A DNA stretch of 64,000 nt from an uncultured Chitinophagaceae bacterium (GTDB lineage: Bacteria > Bacteroidota > Bacteroidia > Chitinophagales > Chitinophagaceae), in assembly GCA_938017685.1 (NCBI GenBank), contig CALIIL010000085.1, positions 2,819 to 66,818 of the forward strand. Reading direction: 5' to 3'. Both the position numbers and the translations under genes were made by a program. Positions 9,029-18,653 of this stretch are shown piece after piece (position 1 is the first letter of the stretch; each line of letters starts with the position of its first letter). The notes under the pieces were generated by a model that worked only from the letters and a program-made list of their open reading frames with translations, was not told the DNA's origin and searched no databases.

Positions 9029-10364
9029 CTTGTATGTCGTTTTGAGGTTTGTAATAATCTGGAGGGAAGCCATTGATATTTCGCCATAGTTCGTACCATA
9101 TTGGTACGTTTTTCAACAAGGCAATTCCTTTTGCTCCAGCACCTATACGCAGCTGTGTTGGCCATGGTTTGTGGCTTTCAGGGTCTTCAATGACTAATAC
9201 GCGGTAATAGCCTTTTCGATTCGTATTGTTTTCTACTGTTAGAACTTTGCCGGTAAATGTTCCGTAAGAAGCACCAGGCCAACCACTAAAAACAATGGCA
9301 GGAAAACCATCAAATAGGAATGTAACTTTTTGGCCACGTTGTACTAATGGGACATCCAATGGTTTTATAAATAACTCTACTGTGTATTGAATTTTTTCAG
9401 GAACAATTGTAACAATATGCTCGCCTTCTTTAATTATTTCTCCAATACCAGCCACTCGTGCATCCGTGATTTGCCCTTCTTGAGGTGCAGTTACGATATA
9501 CAGTTTCTGACGTGCATCGTAGGTGCTGTATTGGTTTTTAAGCTTAGCTATTTCTCCTTGCGTATTGGCTATTTCAGATAAAGATTGATAGCGATCACTC
9601 TGTATCTTGGCTATCTTTTCATTGTAGTCTTGTTGTATTGAGTTTATGTCGATTTTAAGAAGCATTAATTCTTGTTGTGCATTTTCAAGTTTTATTCGAG
9701 CACTTGTTTGCTTCGCAAGTGCTTCCTGCATTTTGTTCTGTTTTGTCTCTAAATCGGTTAGCGATATTAGCCCTTGCTTGTATAATTCTTGATTTCGAGT
9801 GTATTGTTGTGACGCAATTTTAGAGTTCGTTTTTGCTGCTGAGAAATCTGCACGTTCACTTTCTACTTTCAGTTCTTGTTGTCTTATTTTATTCCTAGTT
9901 TGCGACAGTTTAAATTTTACCGATTGTTCTAATGCTAATATTTGATTACCTGCAGCACCAGCTTTAGAACTATAATTCGTTGCTTTAGACTGTTTAGCAA
10001 CAATCTGCTCTTCGGTACGTTGTAATATGTTGGGATCTAAGTAATCAGCTTTAACTTCTGAAAGGGTTAATATAGTATCGCCTTTTTTTACAAGGTCACC
10101 TTCTTTTACTCGCCAGCTAACAATACGGCCCGGAATGACACTGTTAAGCTCTTGCGGACGTTGATCTTGGAATAGGGTAGTAACAGTACCGCGGCCTCGA
10201 ATGTTTTGTGTCCAAGGAAGTAGCATAAATACTATTGTAAAAAGGAACAGTCCTAACATCCAATATTTAATGGACGATTTTTTGCCAATCATATAAATGC
10301 TTGCAATAGCGCTGTTGCCATCTTGTCCAATAATATCTTCTAACTTTGTATCTAAAAATTTCAT
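9015..10364 (-). CDS. HlyD family secretion/periplasmic adaptor protein
   Basis: N-terminal TM segment, long coiled-coil, and C-terminal barrel region with a GDTILTL-type lipoyl-like motif. Overlaps the TolC start by 14 nt. Confidence 0.85.
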   Translation of the reverse strand: MKFLDTKLEDIIGQDGNSAIASIYMIGKKSSIKYWMLGLFLFTIVFMLLPWTQNIRGRGTVTTLFQDQRPQELNSVIPGRIVSWRVKEGDLVKKGDTILTLSEVKADYLDPNILQRTEEQIVAKQSKATNYSSKAGAAGNQILALEQSVKFKLSQTRNKIRQQELKVESERADFSAAKTNSKIASQQYTRNQELYKQGLISLTDLETKQNKMQEALAKQTSARIKLENAQQELMLLKIDINSIQQDYNEKIAKIQSDRYQSLSEIANTQGEIAKLKNQYSTYDARQKLYIVTAPQEGQITDARVAGIGEIIKEGEHIVTIVPEKIQYTVELFIKPLDVPLVQRGQKVTFLFDGFPAIVFSGWPGASYGTFTGKVLTVENNTNRKGYYRVLVIEDPESHKPWPTQLRIGAGAKGIALLKNVPIWYELWRNINGFPPDYYKPQNDIQDEKK

Positions 10365-10372
10365 AGCGTTTA

Positions 10373-12034
10373 TTAATTATTAGTAATGGAACCAGTTTTT
10401 AAATGCAATGTCTTCGTTGCGAGAGCACTGTAATCTTGTAAGTGTGTAGTAAAGATTACTATATGTTCGTTCAAATGATTTTGAATAAAGGCTTCAAGTT
10501 TTTTTGCATGCATTATATCAAGCTCTTCGAAGGGGTTTTCTAGAATAAATATTGGTTTTGCATTAATAAATGTTCTTAAGAGAGCAACCATTTTTTGCAC
10601 TTGTGCAGGAACTTGATTTTGATTTAATTCAATGGGGGTTTGATAGGCTTGCTTGAGTTGAGCTATTGTTTCATGAAACCCCATACGTTTAGCTAATTCA
10701 AATATTTCTGTTGAACTGATGTCATCATTGCCGAGGTTAATATTTTCTAGAATGGTGCCTTCGAATAATCTAGTGCCAGCATAGTATGGAGATATAACTT
10801 GTTTAATACATGCATTGTTTAAGTTCTTAACTACAATGTCATTAATTGTATAGCGTCCTTCATATCTATGGTATAAACCTGATAGAATATATAATAGACT
10901 TGATTTGCCTGAACCAGAAGGGCCAGAAATATAGAGCTTCTCTCCTTTTTTTAAAAAGAAACTTAAATCATTAAGAATTTTCACGTCATTGTCTATTGTA
11001 GTTAGTCCTAAGTTTTGAACTATTAATTCATCACCAGGAACATCTAGTTTAGATGTATCTGTTTCTTGATTAATTTCTGCGAGTTCAATAACCTTAGATA
11101 GCTTTTCAGTTGAGGTTAGCAAATCATATACGAGATCCAAACCAAATATCATTTTTTCAATGGCACTTAATATTAATATGATAATAATTTCGGCAGCGAC
11201 GAACTGGCCAATATTAATTAATTGTTCAATGAGTAAGTAGCTTCCAACGGCCAACATAACGAGGGTAAGGATAACCTTGAATAAATTAAGCGCCCAATAT
11301 TGAACTTTGAGTATTTTAAAGTGTTGGCTTCTAGATTGTGTATATTCTTGAAGTATTCTATTTGTTTTATGCGTTTGGAAATTGCCCATATCTCTTGCAC
11401 GTATAACTTTTACATTATCAGCAAGTTCTTCAAGCCACGCAACTAATTCGTATTTGTTTTTACTTTCTTCTAGGCTCGTTTCCATACCACGCACACCTGT
11501 ATACCTGAGAAGTATATATAATGTTGCTAATAGGAATAGACCAAACAGAATGAATATAGGGTGATAAAAAGCAAGTAGAATTAAACCTAAAAGTATTTGA
11601 ATGCTAGAGGCTGGAATGTCAATTAATAATTTGGCTATACTTTTTTGGAACGTAAGTGTATCAAAAAAACGGTTCATCAATTCCGGCAAATAGTATTTTC
11701 TACTATATTGAACATCTAATTTATTAAGCTTCTCTTCAAAGGCTAATGAAAAGCGAACAAATATCTTTTGCTTTATCTTCTCAGTTATTTGTAATTGTCT
11801 TATTTGAAAGAAACCATAGAAAAAAGTAGCCAGCACTACAATTGAAATAAGTAAGAATAGCGAAGTGGATAATTGTCCTGCCATTACAAACCCAATGATG
11901 GATTGTATCCCTAATGGTAACCCTAATGAAATAAGCCCAGCAAGAATGGCATAGAAATATACATTGCCAATATCGGTCCTGTCTAACTTTAGTAATTTTA
12001 AAGTTTTGGATACATAGTTATCCTGTTTGTTCAT
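10373..12034 (-). CDS. ABC exporter (fused TMD-NBD half transporter, HlyB-like without C39 peptidase) with degenerate NBD motifs
   Basis: Six-TM N-terminal half. Walker A GPSGSGKSS lies at 10898-10924. The signature position reads VPAQV (10592-10612 region) and the Walker B position reads IFILEN (10517-10546 region). Confidence 0.85.
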   Translation of the reverse strand: MNKQDNYVSKTLKLLKLDRTDIGNVYFYAILAGLISLGLPLGIQSIIGFVMAGQLSTSLFLLISIVVLATFFYGFFQIRQLQITEKIKQKIFVRFSLAFEEKLNKLDVQYSRKYYLPELMNRFFDTLTFQKSIAKLLIDIPASSIQILLGLILLAFYHPIFILFGLFLLATLYILLRYTGVRGMETSLEESKNKYELVAWLEELADNVKVIRARDMGNFQTHKTNRILQEYTQSRSQHFKILKVQYWALNLFKVILTLVMLAVGSYLLIEQLINIGQFVAAEIIIILILSAIEKMIFGLDLVYDLLTSTEKLSKVIELAEINQETDTSKLDVPGDELIVQNLGLTTIDNDVKILNDLSFFLKKGEKLYISGPSGSGKSSLLYILSGLYHRYEGRYTINDIVVKNLNNACIKQVISPYYAGTRLFEGTILENINLGNDDISSTEIFELAKRMGFHETIAQLKQAYQTPIELNQNQVPAQVQKMVALLRTFINAKPIFILENPFEELDIMHAKKLEAFIQNHLNEHIVIFTTHLQDYSALATKTLHLKTGSITNN

Positions 12035-12100
12035 AATTGTTGTTTTAAGTAAATGATAATGCTGATGATTAAAGAGAGCTCTGCTTAAGAGCTTAAACTA

Positions 12101-12403
12101 TTAGCACCTTGGCGGGCGAACTTCAATATCATGTACCACATACAACAATTTGGAATGGTAGTGTGCAAATTCTGTTTTGATGGATTTGCTTAACGCTTGA
12201 GATGATAGAAATTCTAAAGATGATAACCAATCTTTCTTGGAGTTATCTTTTTTCGCTTCTTTTTCGGCGTCTTTTTCAACTTTAACTTCTTTGCATAATT
12301 CGGTGAAGTCGTTCTGTTTTTTGAGAAAAGGAAGCATGTTATTACTTGCCAAGAAAGAGGCAAACATTAATAATGACAATAGTATAGCTACCGGCGATTT
12401 CAT
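12101..12403 (-). CDS. small secreted charged protein, unknown function (first gene of the efflux operon)
   Basis: MKSPVAILLSLLMFASFLA signal-like N-terminus, K/E-rich middle, C-terminal FAHYHSKLLYVVHDIEVRPPRC. Start set to ATG 12403 because a -7 box lies inside the longer ORF. Confidence 0.5.
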   Translation of the reverse strand: MKSPVAILLSLLMFASFLASNNMLPFLKKQNDFTELCKEVKVEKDAEKEAKKDNSKKDWLSSLEFLSSQALSKSIKTEFAHYHSKLLYVVHDIEVRPPRC

Positions 12404-12409
12404 GAAGCA

Positions 12410-12417
12410 CAAAGATA
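12410..12417 (-). promoter_or_regulatory. Bacteroidetes -7 box (TATCTTTG) upstream of the efflux operon
   Basis: Exact TAnnTTTG on the minus strand, 7 nt upstream of ATG 12403. Confidence 0.35.
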
Positions 12418-12536
12418 TTCCAGCTGGCATTATTTCTTTCTTAAGAATGTTAATTTGTTTTAAGATTTGGCTAAAATAATTTATAGCCTATAGATTGATA
12501 TAAGGTGTTGTGAGTAATTATTATCTTCGCCATCGT

Positions 12537-13361
12537 ATGAAAAATCTGAATGTTGAGGCTTTAATGGAAACAGTAGCCTTGCTTAATAGTAAAATTGAAA
12601 ATAAGCCACAAGTAGGCATAATACTAGGCAGTGGCTTGGGTGGGTTAGTTGATGAAGTTAAGATTGAAGCTGAATTTCCTTATGAGCAAATTCCTAACTT
12701 TCCGGTAAGTACGGTTAAGGGACATGGAGGTAAGCTCATCTTTGGTACAATTGGTAATAAACAAGTTGTAATGCTCAGTGGGCGCTTTCATTATTACGAA
12801 GGTTATAATATGCAAGAAGTTACATTTCCTGTTCGTGTGATGCAACAATTAGGGGCTGAGCTATTAATGGTTTCGAATGCTGCAGGTGGTATGAATAAAG
12901 ACTTTAAGGTGGGTGACTTAATGATTATTAATGACCATATCAATATTTTTCCTGAGCATCCATTGCGTGGTCAAAATGATGAAAACATAGGACCGCGCTT
13001 CCCTGATATGACAGAACCTTATGAATTAGATTTAGTTAAAAAAGCACAAGGAATTGCCAAAGCCAAAGGGGTAAAACTATTTGAGGGTGTATATATAGGA
13101 TTACAAGGCCCAACCTTTGAGACACGTGCCGAGTATGGCTGGTTGCATACTATTGGAGGCGATGCCGTAGGTATGAGTACGGTGCCCGAGGTTATAGTAG
13201 CCAAGCATGGCGGGATGAAAGTATTTGGCATGAGTGTTATTACAGACTTAGGTATCCGTGAGGAAATGAATGTGATTACACATGAAGAAGTATTAGAGGC
13301 TGCCAATGCCGCAGCTCCTATTATGGCTGGAATATTTAAGGAACTATTAGTACAATTGTAG
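12537..13361 (+). CDS. purine nucleoside phosphorylase (PNP family 1)
   Basis: Blocks IILGSGLG, GRFHYYEGY, VSNAAGG and GMSTVPEV are typical of PNP. ATG 12537 preferred over GTG 12510. Confidence 0.9.
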   Translation: MKNLNVEALMETVALLNSKIENKPQVGIILGSGLGGLVDEVKIEAEFPYEQIPNFPVSTVKGHGGKLIFGTIGNKQVVMLSGRFHYYEGYNMQEVTFPVRVMQQLGAELLMVSNAAGGMNKDFKVGDLMIINDHINIFPEHPLRGQNDENIGPRFPDMTEPYELDLVKKAQGIAKAKGVKLFEGVYIGLQGPTFETRAEYGWLHTIGGDAVGMSTVPEVIVAKHGGMKVFGMSVITDLGIREEMNVITHEEVLEAANAAAPIMAGIFKELLVQL

Positions 13362-13373
13362 TACGCATAAAAC

Positions 13374-13381
13374 TACATTTG
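13374..13381 (+). promoter_or_regulatory. Bacteroidetes -7 box (TACATTTG) upstream of the porin-like gene
   Basis: Exact TAnnTTTG. The ORF-track TTG start (13379) lies inside the box, so ATG 13388 is favoured. Confidence 0.35.
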
Positions 13382-13387
13382 TTTCCA

Positions 13388-15376
13388 ATGCGTTTTTTCC
13401 CATTCGTTCAAACAAACGTTTGTGCTATTCTATTGAGTGGTGTATTGCTTTGTGCGCATTTCAGTGTTTCTGCTCAGGTTTATAATAACAATCAAAACCA
13501 ACAAACAATTGTTGATAATCAGAAAATAATGTCCGATACATCTGGCTTTGCGGAAAAAGCCTTGGATAATTCTGTAGAGATATCATACAAAACCCTAGAA
13601 GGAAAAAAAACGTATATAGATACAAGTATTAATACATTTCATAAAGAACATTTGGAACAGTTATGGGTTGTGGGATTAGGTAATTTAGGTAGTGCTACAC
13701 AGTCGCTTAAGGCACAAGTGGCATTACCAACTTATTATCGATTAACGAACCAGGTTAATGCTGCTTGGATGTTTTCAGAACAAGAGCAAAAATATTATAA
13801 TACTACAAAGCCTTATACTAAAATTGATTATTCGGCAGGGTCTAAAACAGAGCAAATGGTACGCTTATTGCATACGCAAAATATTACGCCCCTTTGGAAC
13901 TTTAGTGTGGAGTATAGGAAGTTAAATTCCGTTGGTTTTTTTAAAGGGCAAAAAAATAATATTGACAATTTCTCTATTAATACAAATTACCAATCTAAGA
14001 ATAAAAAATATGCTATTTACTCATTTGTAGCCTATGATAAATTACAACAAGATGAGAACTTGGGAATATCTGATAACGCACTTTTAAGCGACGTGCAATT
14101 CAGTAATCGGGGGACCGTGCCTGTAAATGCTGGTGTTGCTAGTTATGGTAATCGCTCACCGATTAAAAATTATAATCGTGCGGTTCTCGGACGTTTTAAA
14201 CATGAGTATGCATTGGGTAAAACTACAATAAACTATAGCGAGGATAGTATAAAACAGTCAGTGTTTAAACCGCGTTTTTTTATAGGTAATGAAATCTATG
14301 TTAGAGCCAATCGTTCATGCTTTCAGCATGCGGCTCCGGATAGTTCTTTTTATAACGGCTACTTTGATTATGCCTATATAACTTCAGATACTTTTAATAT
14401 GCGCTACGACAACTTTATTGCTGGTAGTAATTTTTCTATTGGTACAAGAGTAAATATTAAGCAAAATGAATTTAATCTTAAAGGTGGTTACGGTCTGGAG
14501 TATCAAAATGCTTTAGGAGATTTAGTAAAAAATAAAACGGTAAATAACTACATATTTGGTCGCTTATATAATCAAAGTGAAGAAGAGAATAAATGGAATA
14601 TAGATGCTACTGTGAAATTATATTTTACCGGTTTGTCTAAAGGCAATTTGGATTTAAATGGCTTGCTGTCTAAGAAGCTATCAGATAAGATAGGAGAGCT
14701 TGGCTTTGAGTTAAAGCAAGTAATAGCTCAGCCTTTTTATGTTAGTGAAAGTATTGAAGCGAATGCTTTGGTCTCAACTAAAGATTTTGGCTCGCAAGTA
14801 AATAGCTCCTTGGGCGGTTTTTATCAAAATGATCAGCTTAAACTGAGGGTAAGTGTTGCTTCTTTATTATTTAATAATTTAATTTATTGGGACTTGAATA
14901 CGAGACAGTTTGCTCAGAATAGCTCGGCTATTTCTATACAGCAAGTACATGCTACAAAAGAACTCAATTGGCGTAAGTGGAGCAGTGCACATCACTTATT
15001 AGCTCAGGTTGCGCCAACAAATCAACCAATACAAGTACCACTCATTGCATCACGTCATTCATTTGCTTATAAGGATAAAATTTTTAAGAAAAAGATGGAA
15101 ATGACTACTGGTTTTGATGTCTATTTTAATACACCTTTTTTCAATGATGCTTATCAGCCGGTGTTCCAATCATTTGCACCTCAGTATGATATAAAGCAGT
15201 CATATATTCCTCGCTTAGCTGCTTTTTTTAACTTTAAAGTGAAGCGATTTAGAGCTTTCGTTACAGCTGACCAATTGCAACATTATATCGTTGCTAACAA
15301 TATTAATTATGTATATGGTTATGCCAGTCAGAATGCTTTATTTCGTCTCGGCCTCAGTTGGATTTTTGTCAACTAA
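13388..15376 (+). CDS. putative outer-membrane beta-barrel protein (putative porin family)
   Basis: Signal peptide ending SVSAQ, alternating beta-strand-like composition, aromatic C-terminal strand LGLSWIFVN. Confidence 0.55.
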   Translation: MRFFPFVQTNVCAILLSGVLLCAHFSVSAQVYNNNQNQQTIVDNQKIMSDTSGFAEKALDNSVEISYKTLEGKKTYIDTSINTFHKEHLEQLWVVGLGNLGSATQSLKAQVALPTYYRLTNQVNAAWMFSEQEQKYYNTTKPYTKIDYSAGSKTEQMVRLLHTQNITPLWNFSVEYRKLNSVGFFKGQKNNIDNFSINTNYQSKNKKYAIYSFVAYDKLQQDENLGISDNALLSDVQFSNRGTVPVNAGVASYGNRSPIKNYNRAVLGRFKHEYALGKTTINYSEDSIKQSVFKPRFFIGNEIYVRANRSCFQHAAPDSSFYNGYFDYAYITSDTFNMRYDNFIAGSNFSIGTRVNIKQNEFNLKGGYGLEYQNALGDLVKNKTVNNYIFGRLYNQSEEENKWNIDATVKLYFTGLSKGNLDLNGLLSKKLSDKIGELGFELKQVIAQPFYVSESIEANALVSTKDFGSQVNSSLGGFYQNDQLKLRVSVASLLFNNLIYWDLNTRQFAQNSSAISIQQVHATKELNWRKWSSAHHLLAQVAPTNQPIQVPLIASRHSFAYKDKIFKKKMEMTTGFDVYFNTPFFNDAYQPVFQSFAPQYDIKQSYIPRLAAFFNFKVKRFRAFVTADQLQHYIVANNINYVYGYASQNALFRLGLSWIFVN

Positions 15377-16429
15377 GCCTCCTTTCTTTGTAAGGCTATG
15401 ACTGCCAGCGAGCATCTCGGCTTGGTGCTTTTTATAAAGTAATAAATATGTTGCTGTATATATCGATACATAACCCAATGTAATTAAAGCTAAGGCACCA
15501 TCGTTATTATGAAATTGTACAGCTAAGGTGCAATTGATGATTACAAAAGGAAGAATGACCAAGGTTGTCAATGGATTATTTTTCTTAGTGATATATATAA
15601 ATATAAACTGGTGAATGTGATAAGGGTCTGGTTTAAACGGGGATTCTTTATCAAAGACCGCTTTCCTAAAGAAAGAAAACATAACCTCCCAAACTGGATG
15701 TATAAGTACACAAAGAGCAAACCAAGGTGATATCTCTGTCGTATGTCGGTCTACTAATAGAATAGCAATAATCGCTAATAAGAAGCCTGTGAAGTATGCT
15801 CCACCATCACCTAAAAATATACGGCCTTTAGGATAGTTGAAAAATATAAAGCCCAATATAGAAAGTGAGGAAATAGATGTTACAAACTCTAGGTCTGCAT
15901 CGCCTACTTGACGACTAACGAAATAATACGTGAGCAGTATAATAAGTGATACACCAGATGATAAACCATTAATCCCATCTATTAAATTAGTACCATTAAT
16001 CAAACCCAGAAAGGCTATAATCGTGATAACTACACCAATCTCACCAGGAATAATAATTCCAAAGCCAAAATCTACAACTACTATACTCAGTAAGTATATA
16101 GCCATAAGTGCCGATACCAACATGATGATTAAACGTCGCCCAGGGCTAATCTTAGCAAATAAATCCTCTAATAATCCTGCCACAAAAGCGGGTACAGAAG
16201 CGAGCATGATAAATAGGCCCATATCCGTATTGGACATCAAAAAGAAACAACCTATAAATATACCCAAGCCTCCTATACGTGGTGTAGGCGCAGTATGAAA
16301 TTTTTGAGGAAGAGCTGTTTTATTATCATCAATAAAGATCCCTCGCTTATACGAAAGGTCTATAACCAAGTATTGCAACACAAAACTGGTAATGAACGCT
16401 CCAAATAAATAGAAATAGTACTTATCCAC
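15338..16429 (-). CDS. MraY/WecA family glycosyltransferase 4 (undecaprenyl-phosphate sugar-1-phosphate transferase)
   Basis: Polytopic membrane protein with NLIDGINGL and LGDGGAY blocks. GTG start. Confidence 0.8.
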   Translation of the reverse strand: MDKYYFYLFGAFITSFVLQYLVIDLSYKRGIFIDDNKTALPQKFHTAPTPRIGGLGIFIGCFFLMSNTDMGLFIMLASVPAFVAGLLEDLFAKISPGRRLIIMLVSALMAIYLLSIVVVDFGFGIIIPGEIGVVITIIAFLGLINGTNLIDGINGLSSGVSLIILLTYYFVSRQVGDADLEFVTSISSLSILGFIFFNYPKGRIFLGDGGAYFTGFLLAIIAILLVDRHTTEISPWFALCVLIHPVWEVMFSFFRKAVFDKESPFKPDPYHIHQFIFIYITKKNNPLTTLVILPFVIINCTLAVQFHNNDGALALITLGYVSIYTATYLLLYKKHQAEMLAGSHSLTKKGGLVDKNPTEAETK

Positions 16430-16448
16430 GATAATTTTTCTCTATTCG

Positions 16449-16456
16449 CAAATATA
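16449..16456 (-). promoter_or_regulatory. Bacteroidetes -7 box (TATATTTG) upstream of the WecA-like gene
   Basis: Exact TAnnTTTG on the minus strand, 20 nt upstream of the GTG start. Confidence 0.4.
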
Positions 16457-16513
16457 GGGTTTCACTTCCAATGAAATAGTCAAAATAAAAAGACTTTCGG
16501 CAAATGCAGCACT

Positions 16514-16521
16514 TAACTTTG
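16514..16521 (+). promoter_or_regulatory. Bacteroidetes -7 box (TAACTTTG) upstream of mnmE
   Basis: Exact TAnnTTTG, 13 nt upstream of ATG 16534. Confidence 0.4.
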
Positions 16522-16533
16522 CCAATATAAGAA

Positions 16534-17922
16534 ATGCAACATAAAAACACAGATACGATTGTAGCACAAGCCACGCCCAACGGCCTTGGAGCCATAGGTG
16601 TAGTAAGACTATCCGGTAGCCAAGCCATTGAAATAGCAGATATTATTTTTATAGGCAAGCAACTAATCAAACAAGAAAGTCATACACTCCATTTTGGATT
16701 AATTAAAGATGGTGATATAGTAATAGATGAAGTGTTGGTGTCATTGTTTAAAAATCCGCATTCATTTACTGGAGAGGATAGTATTGAAATATCAGCGCAT
16801 GGTTCGCCTTATGTATTGCAACAAATCATTCAGTTGTGTATTACACATGGTGCTCGTTTGGCAACGGCTGGGGAGTTTACCCAACGTGCCTTTATGAATG
16901 GTAAGCTTGATTTGAGCCAAGCCGAAAGTGTGGCAGATATTATTGCTGCCGAGAGTAAAGGACAACATGAACTAGCCATTAAGCAAATGCGTGGGGGCTA
17001 TTCGGAGCAAATAGAAGAGTTGCGCCAAGAGCTGATTGATTTTACAGCCTTGATAGAATTAGAGTTAGACTTTAGCGAAGAAGACGTAGAGTTTGCCGAT
17101 AGAAATAAATTTTACACTTTAATCAATACTACCCATGGCGTTCTGGATAAATTAATACAATCATTTCAATATGGTAATGTCTTAAAAAATGGCGTGCCAG
17201 TAGCCATCGTTGGGGAACCCAATGTAGGGAAGTCTACTTTGTTAAATGCCTTGTTGAATGAAGAGAAAGCTATCGTGAGCGATATTGCTGGAACAACTAG
17301 AGATTTCATAGAGGATGAACTAACAATTGATGGTATTGCCTTTCGCTTTGTTGATACCGCCGGGATACGAGCTACTGAAGATGTGCTGGAAGCCAAAGGG
17401 ATAGAGCGTTCTTTCCAAAAGTTGAAAGATGCAAGCATCGTATTGTACTTAGCGGATATCAATAAGCCACACAAAGAAATAGCGCAAGATATACAGAGTA
17501 TAAAATTTGCGGCTGAGCAGGATGTAATTTTGTTACTCAACAAATCTGACCAATTAGACAACTCGTGCAATGCTTACGATGTGGAAGAAGCCGTTTCGAC
17601 ACTGACTAATTATAAAGCATTGGAAATGTCAGCCGCTACGAAAGGCAACTTGGATAAACTAAAAAGTATCTTGGTTGAAACGATAGAAAATAGAAAGGTA
17701 CAAACCAATATTCAGGTTTCTAACGCGCGACATTTAACGGCATTACAAACAGCCAAAGAAAGCCTTGAAAATGTAGAGCGCGGTCTTAAGAATAATATAA
17801 GCGGAGAGTTTATCTCCATTGATGCAAGAGTGGCTTTGGATGCGTTAGGAAGTATTACCGGTAAGATTACGAATGAAGATGTATTGAGTTCTGTTTTTTC
17901 TCGTTTTTGTATCGGGAAGTAA
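16534..17922 (+). CDS. mnmE: tRNA modification GTPase MnmE
   Basis: DTIVAQATP N-terminus, G-domain GEPNVGKSTLLN / DTAGIR, and the C-terminal FCIGK motif. Confidence 0.95.
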   Translation: MQHKNTDTIVAQATPNGLGAIGVVRLSGSQAIEIADIIFIGKQLIKQESHTLHFGLIKDGDIVIDEVLVSLFKNPHSFTGEDSIEISAHGSPYVLQQIIQLCITHGARLATAGEFTQRAFMNGKLDLSQAESVADIIAAESKGQHELAIKQMRGGYSEQIEELRQELIDFTALIELELDFSEEDVEFADRNKFYTLINTTHGVLDKLIQSFQYGNVLKNGVPVAIVGEPNVGKSTLLNALLNEEKAIVSDIAGTTRDFIEDELTIDGIAFRFVDTAGIRATEDVLEAKGIERSFQKLKDASIVLYLADINKPHKEIAQDIQSIKFAAEQDVILLLNKSDQLDNSCNAYDVEEAVSTLTNYKALEMSAATKGNLDKLKSILVETIENRKVQTNIQVSNARHLTALQTAKESLENVERGLKNNISGEFISIDARVALDALGSITGKITNEDVLSSVFSRFCIGK

Positions 17923-17977
17923 TCATCAAATCCTAAAGATTAAAACGTTGGTTTCATTTATTTTTGGCATAAAAAAA

Positions 17978-17998
17978 AGCCTATCAAAAGGATAGGCT
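17978..17998. terminator. bidirectional rho-independent terminator between mnmE and the csp gene
   Basis: Stem agcctatc/gataggct with a 5-nt loop, flanked by an A8 run upstream and a T5 run downstream. Confidence 0.65.
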
Positions 17999-18029
17999 TT
18001 TTAAATACATTGTATATTAAATAATAATA

Positions 18030-18221
18030 TTATGCTTGTTTTACATTCACTGCGTTCATCCCTTTAGGGCTTTCCTCAGCGTCGAAGCTTACTTTATCAC
18101 CTTCGTTGATTTCATCAATCAAACCACTGTGATGTACAAAAAGGTCTTTACCACCATCATCAGGTGTAATAAATCCAAAACCTTTGTCTCCGTTGAAAAA
18201 TTTTACTGTTCCGTTACTCAT
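18030..18221 (-). CDS. cold-shock protein (CspA family)
   Basis: [18 protein letters not shown] with RNP1/RNP2 motifs; 63 aa. Confidence 0.95.
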   Translation of the reverse strand: MSNGTVKFFNGDKGFGFITPDDGGKDLFVHHSGLIDEINEGDKVSFDAEESPKGMNAVNVKQA

Positions 18222-18645
18222 AACTTGTTTTTATAAGCCTGCAATATAGGTATTAATTCTATCAACCTGCTCGGATGACCTATTTATTGCTGATGCTGTT
18301 ATTGATAGCGAAACTAGATATTAAGCCGGTTTAATTAGTCATTAAGCTAGTGGTAGTATAGGTATTACGGGTTTCTTTAATGACTAGGTGGTCTCGTTTT
18401 AGTACTAAAATTTATTTATATTAGTTACTCAGCAGCTGCAACTTTATTAAAATTATGCCCAAAATGTTCAAGTTACCTTAATAAAAAACTGAGATTTTGA
18501 TTTGGAATAAGGTCTTAATAATTGAAATAGTCTAATAAGAGATTAAAAGAAGAGTATAATGTTCATTCAAGGAGAAGCCCTTAAACACTTTATACTTTTA
18601 TACAATCATTAGGAATAATAATACGCCCATGAAGTACTTGGTATA

Positions 18646-18653
18646 TAACTTTG
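18646..18653 (+). promoter_or_regulatory. Bacteroidetes -7 box (TAACTTTG) upstream of the HPF-like gene
   Basis: Exact TAnnTTTG, 22 nt upstream of ATG 18676. Confidence 0.4.
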
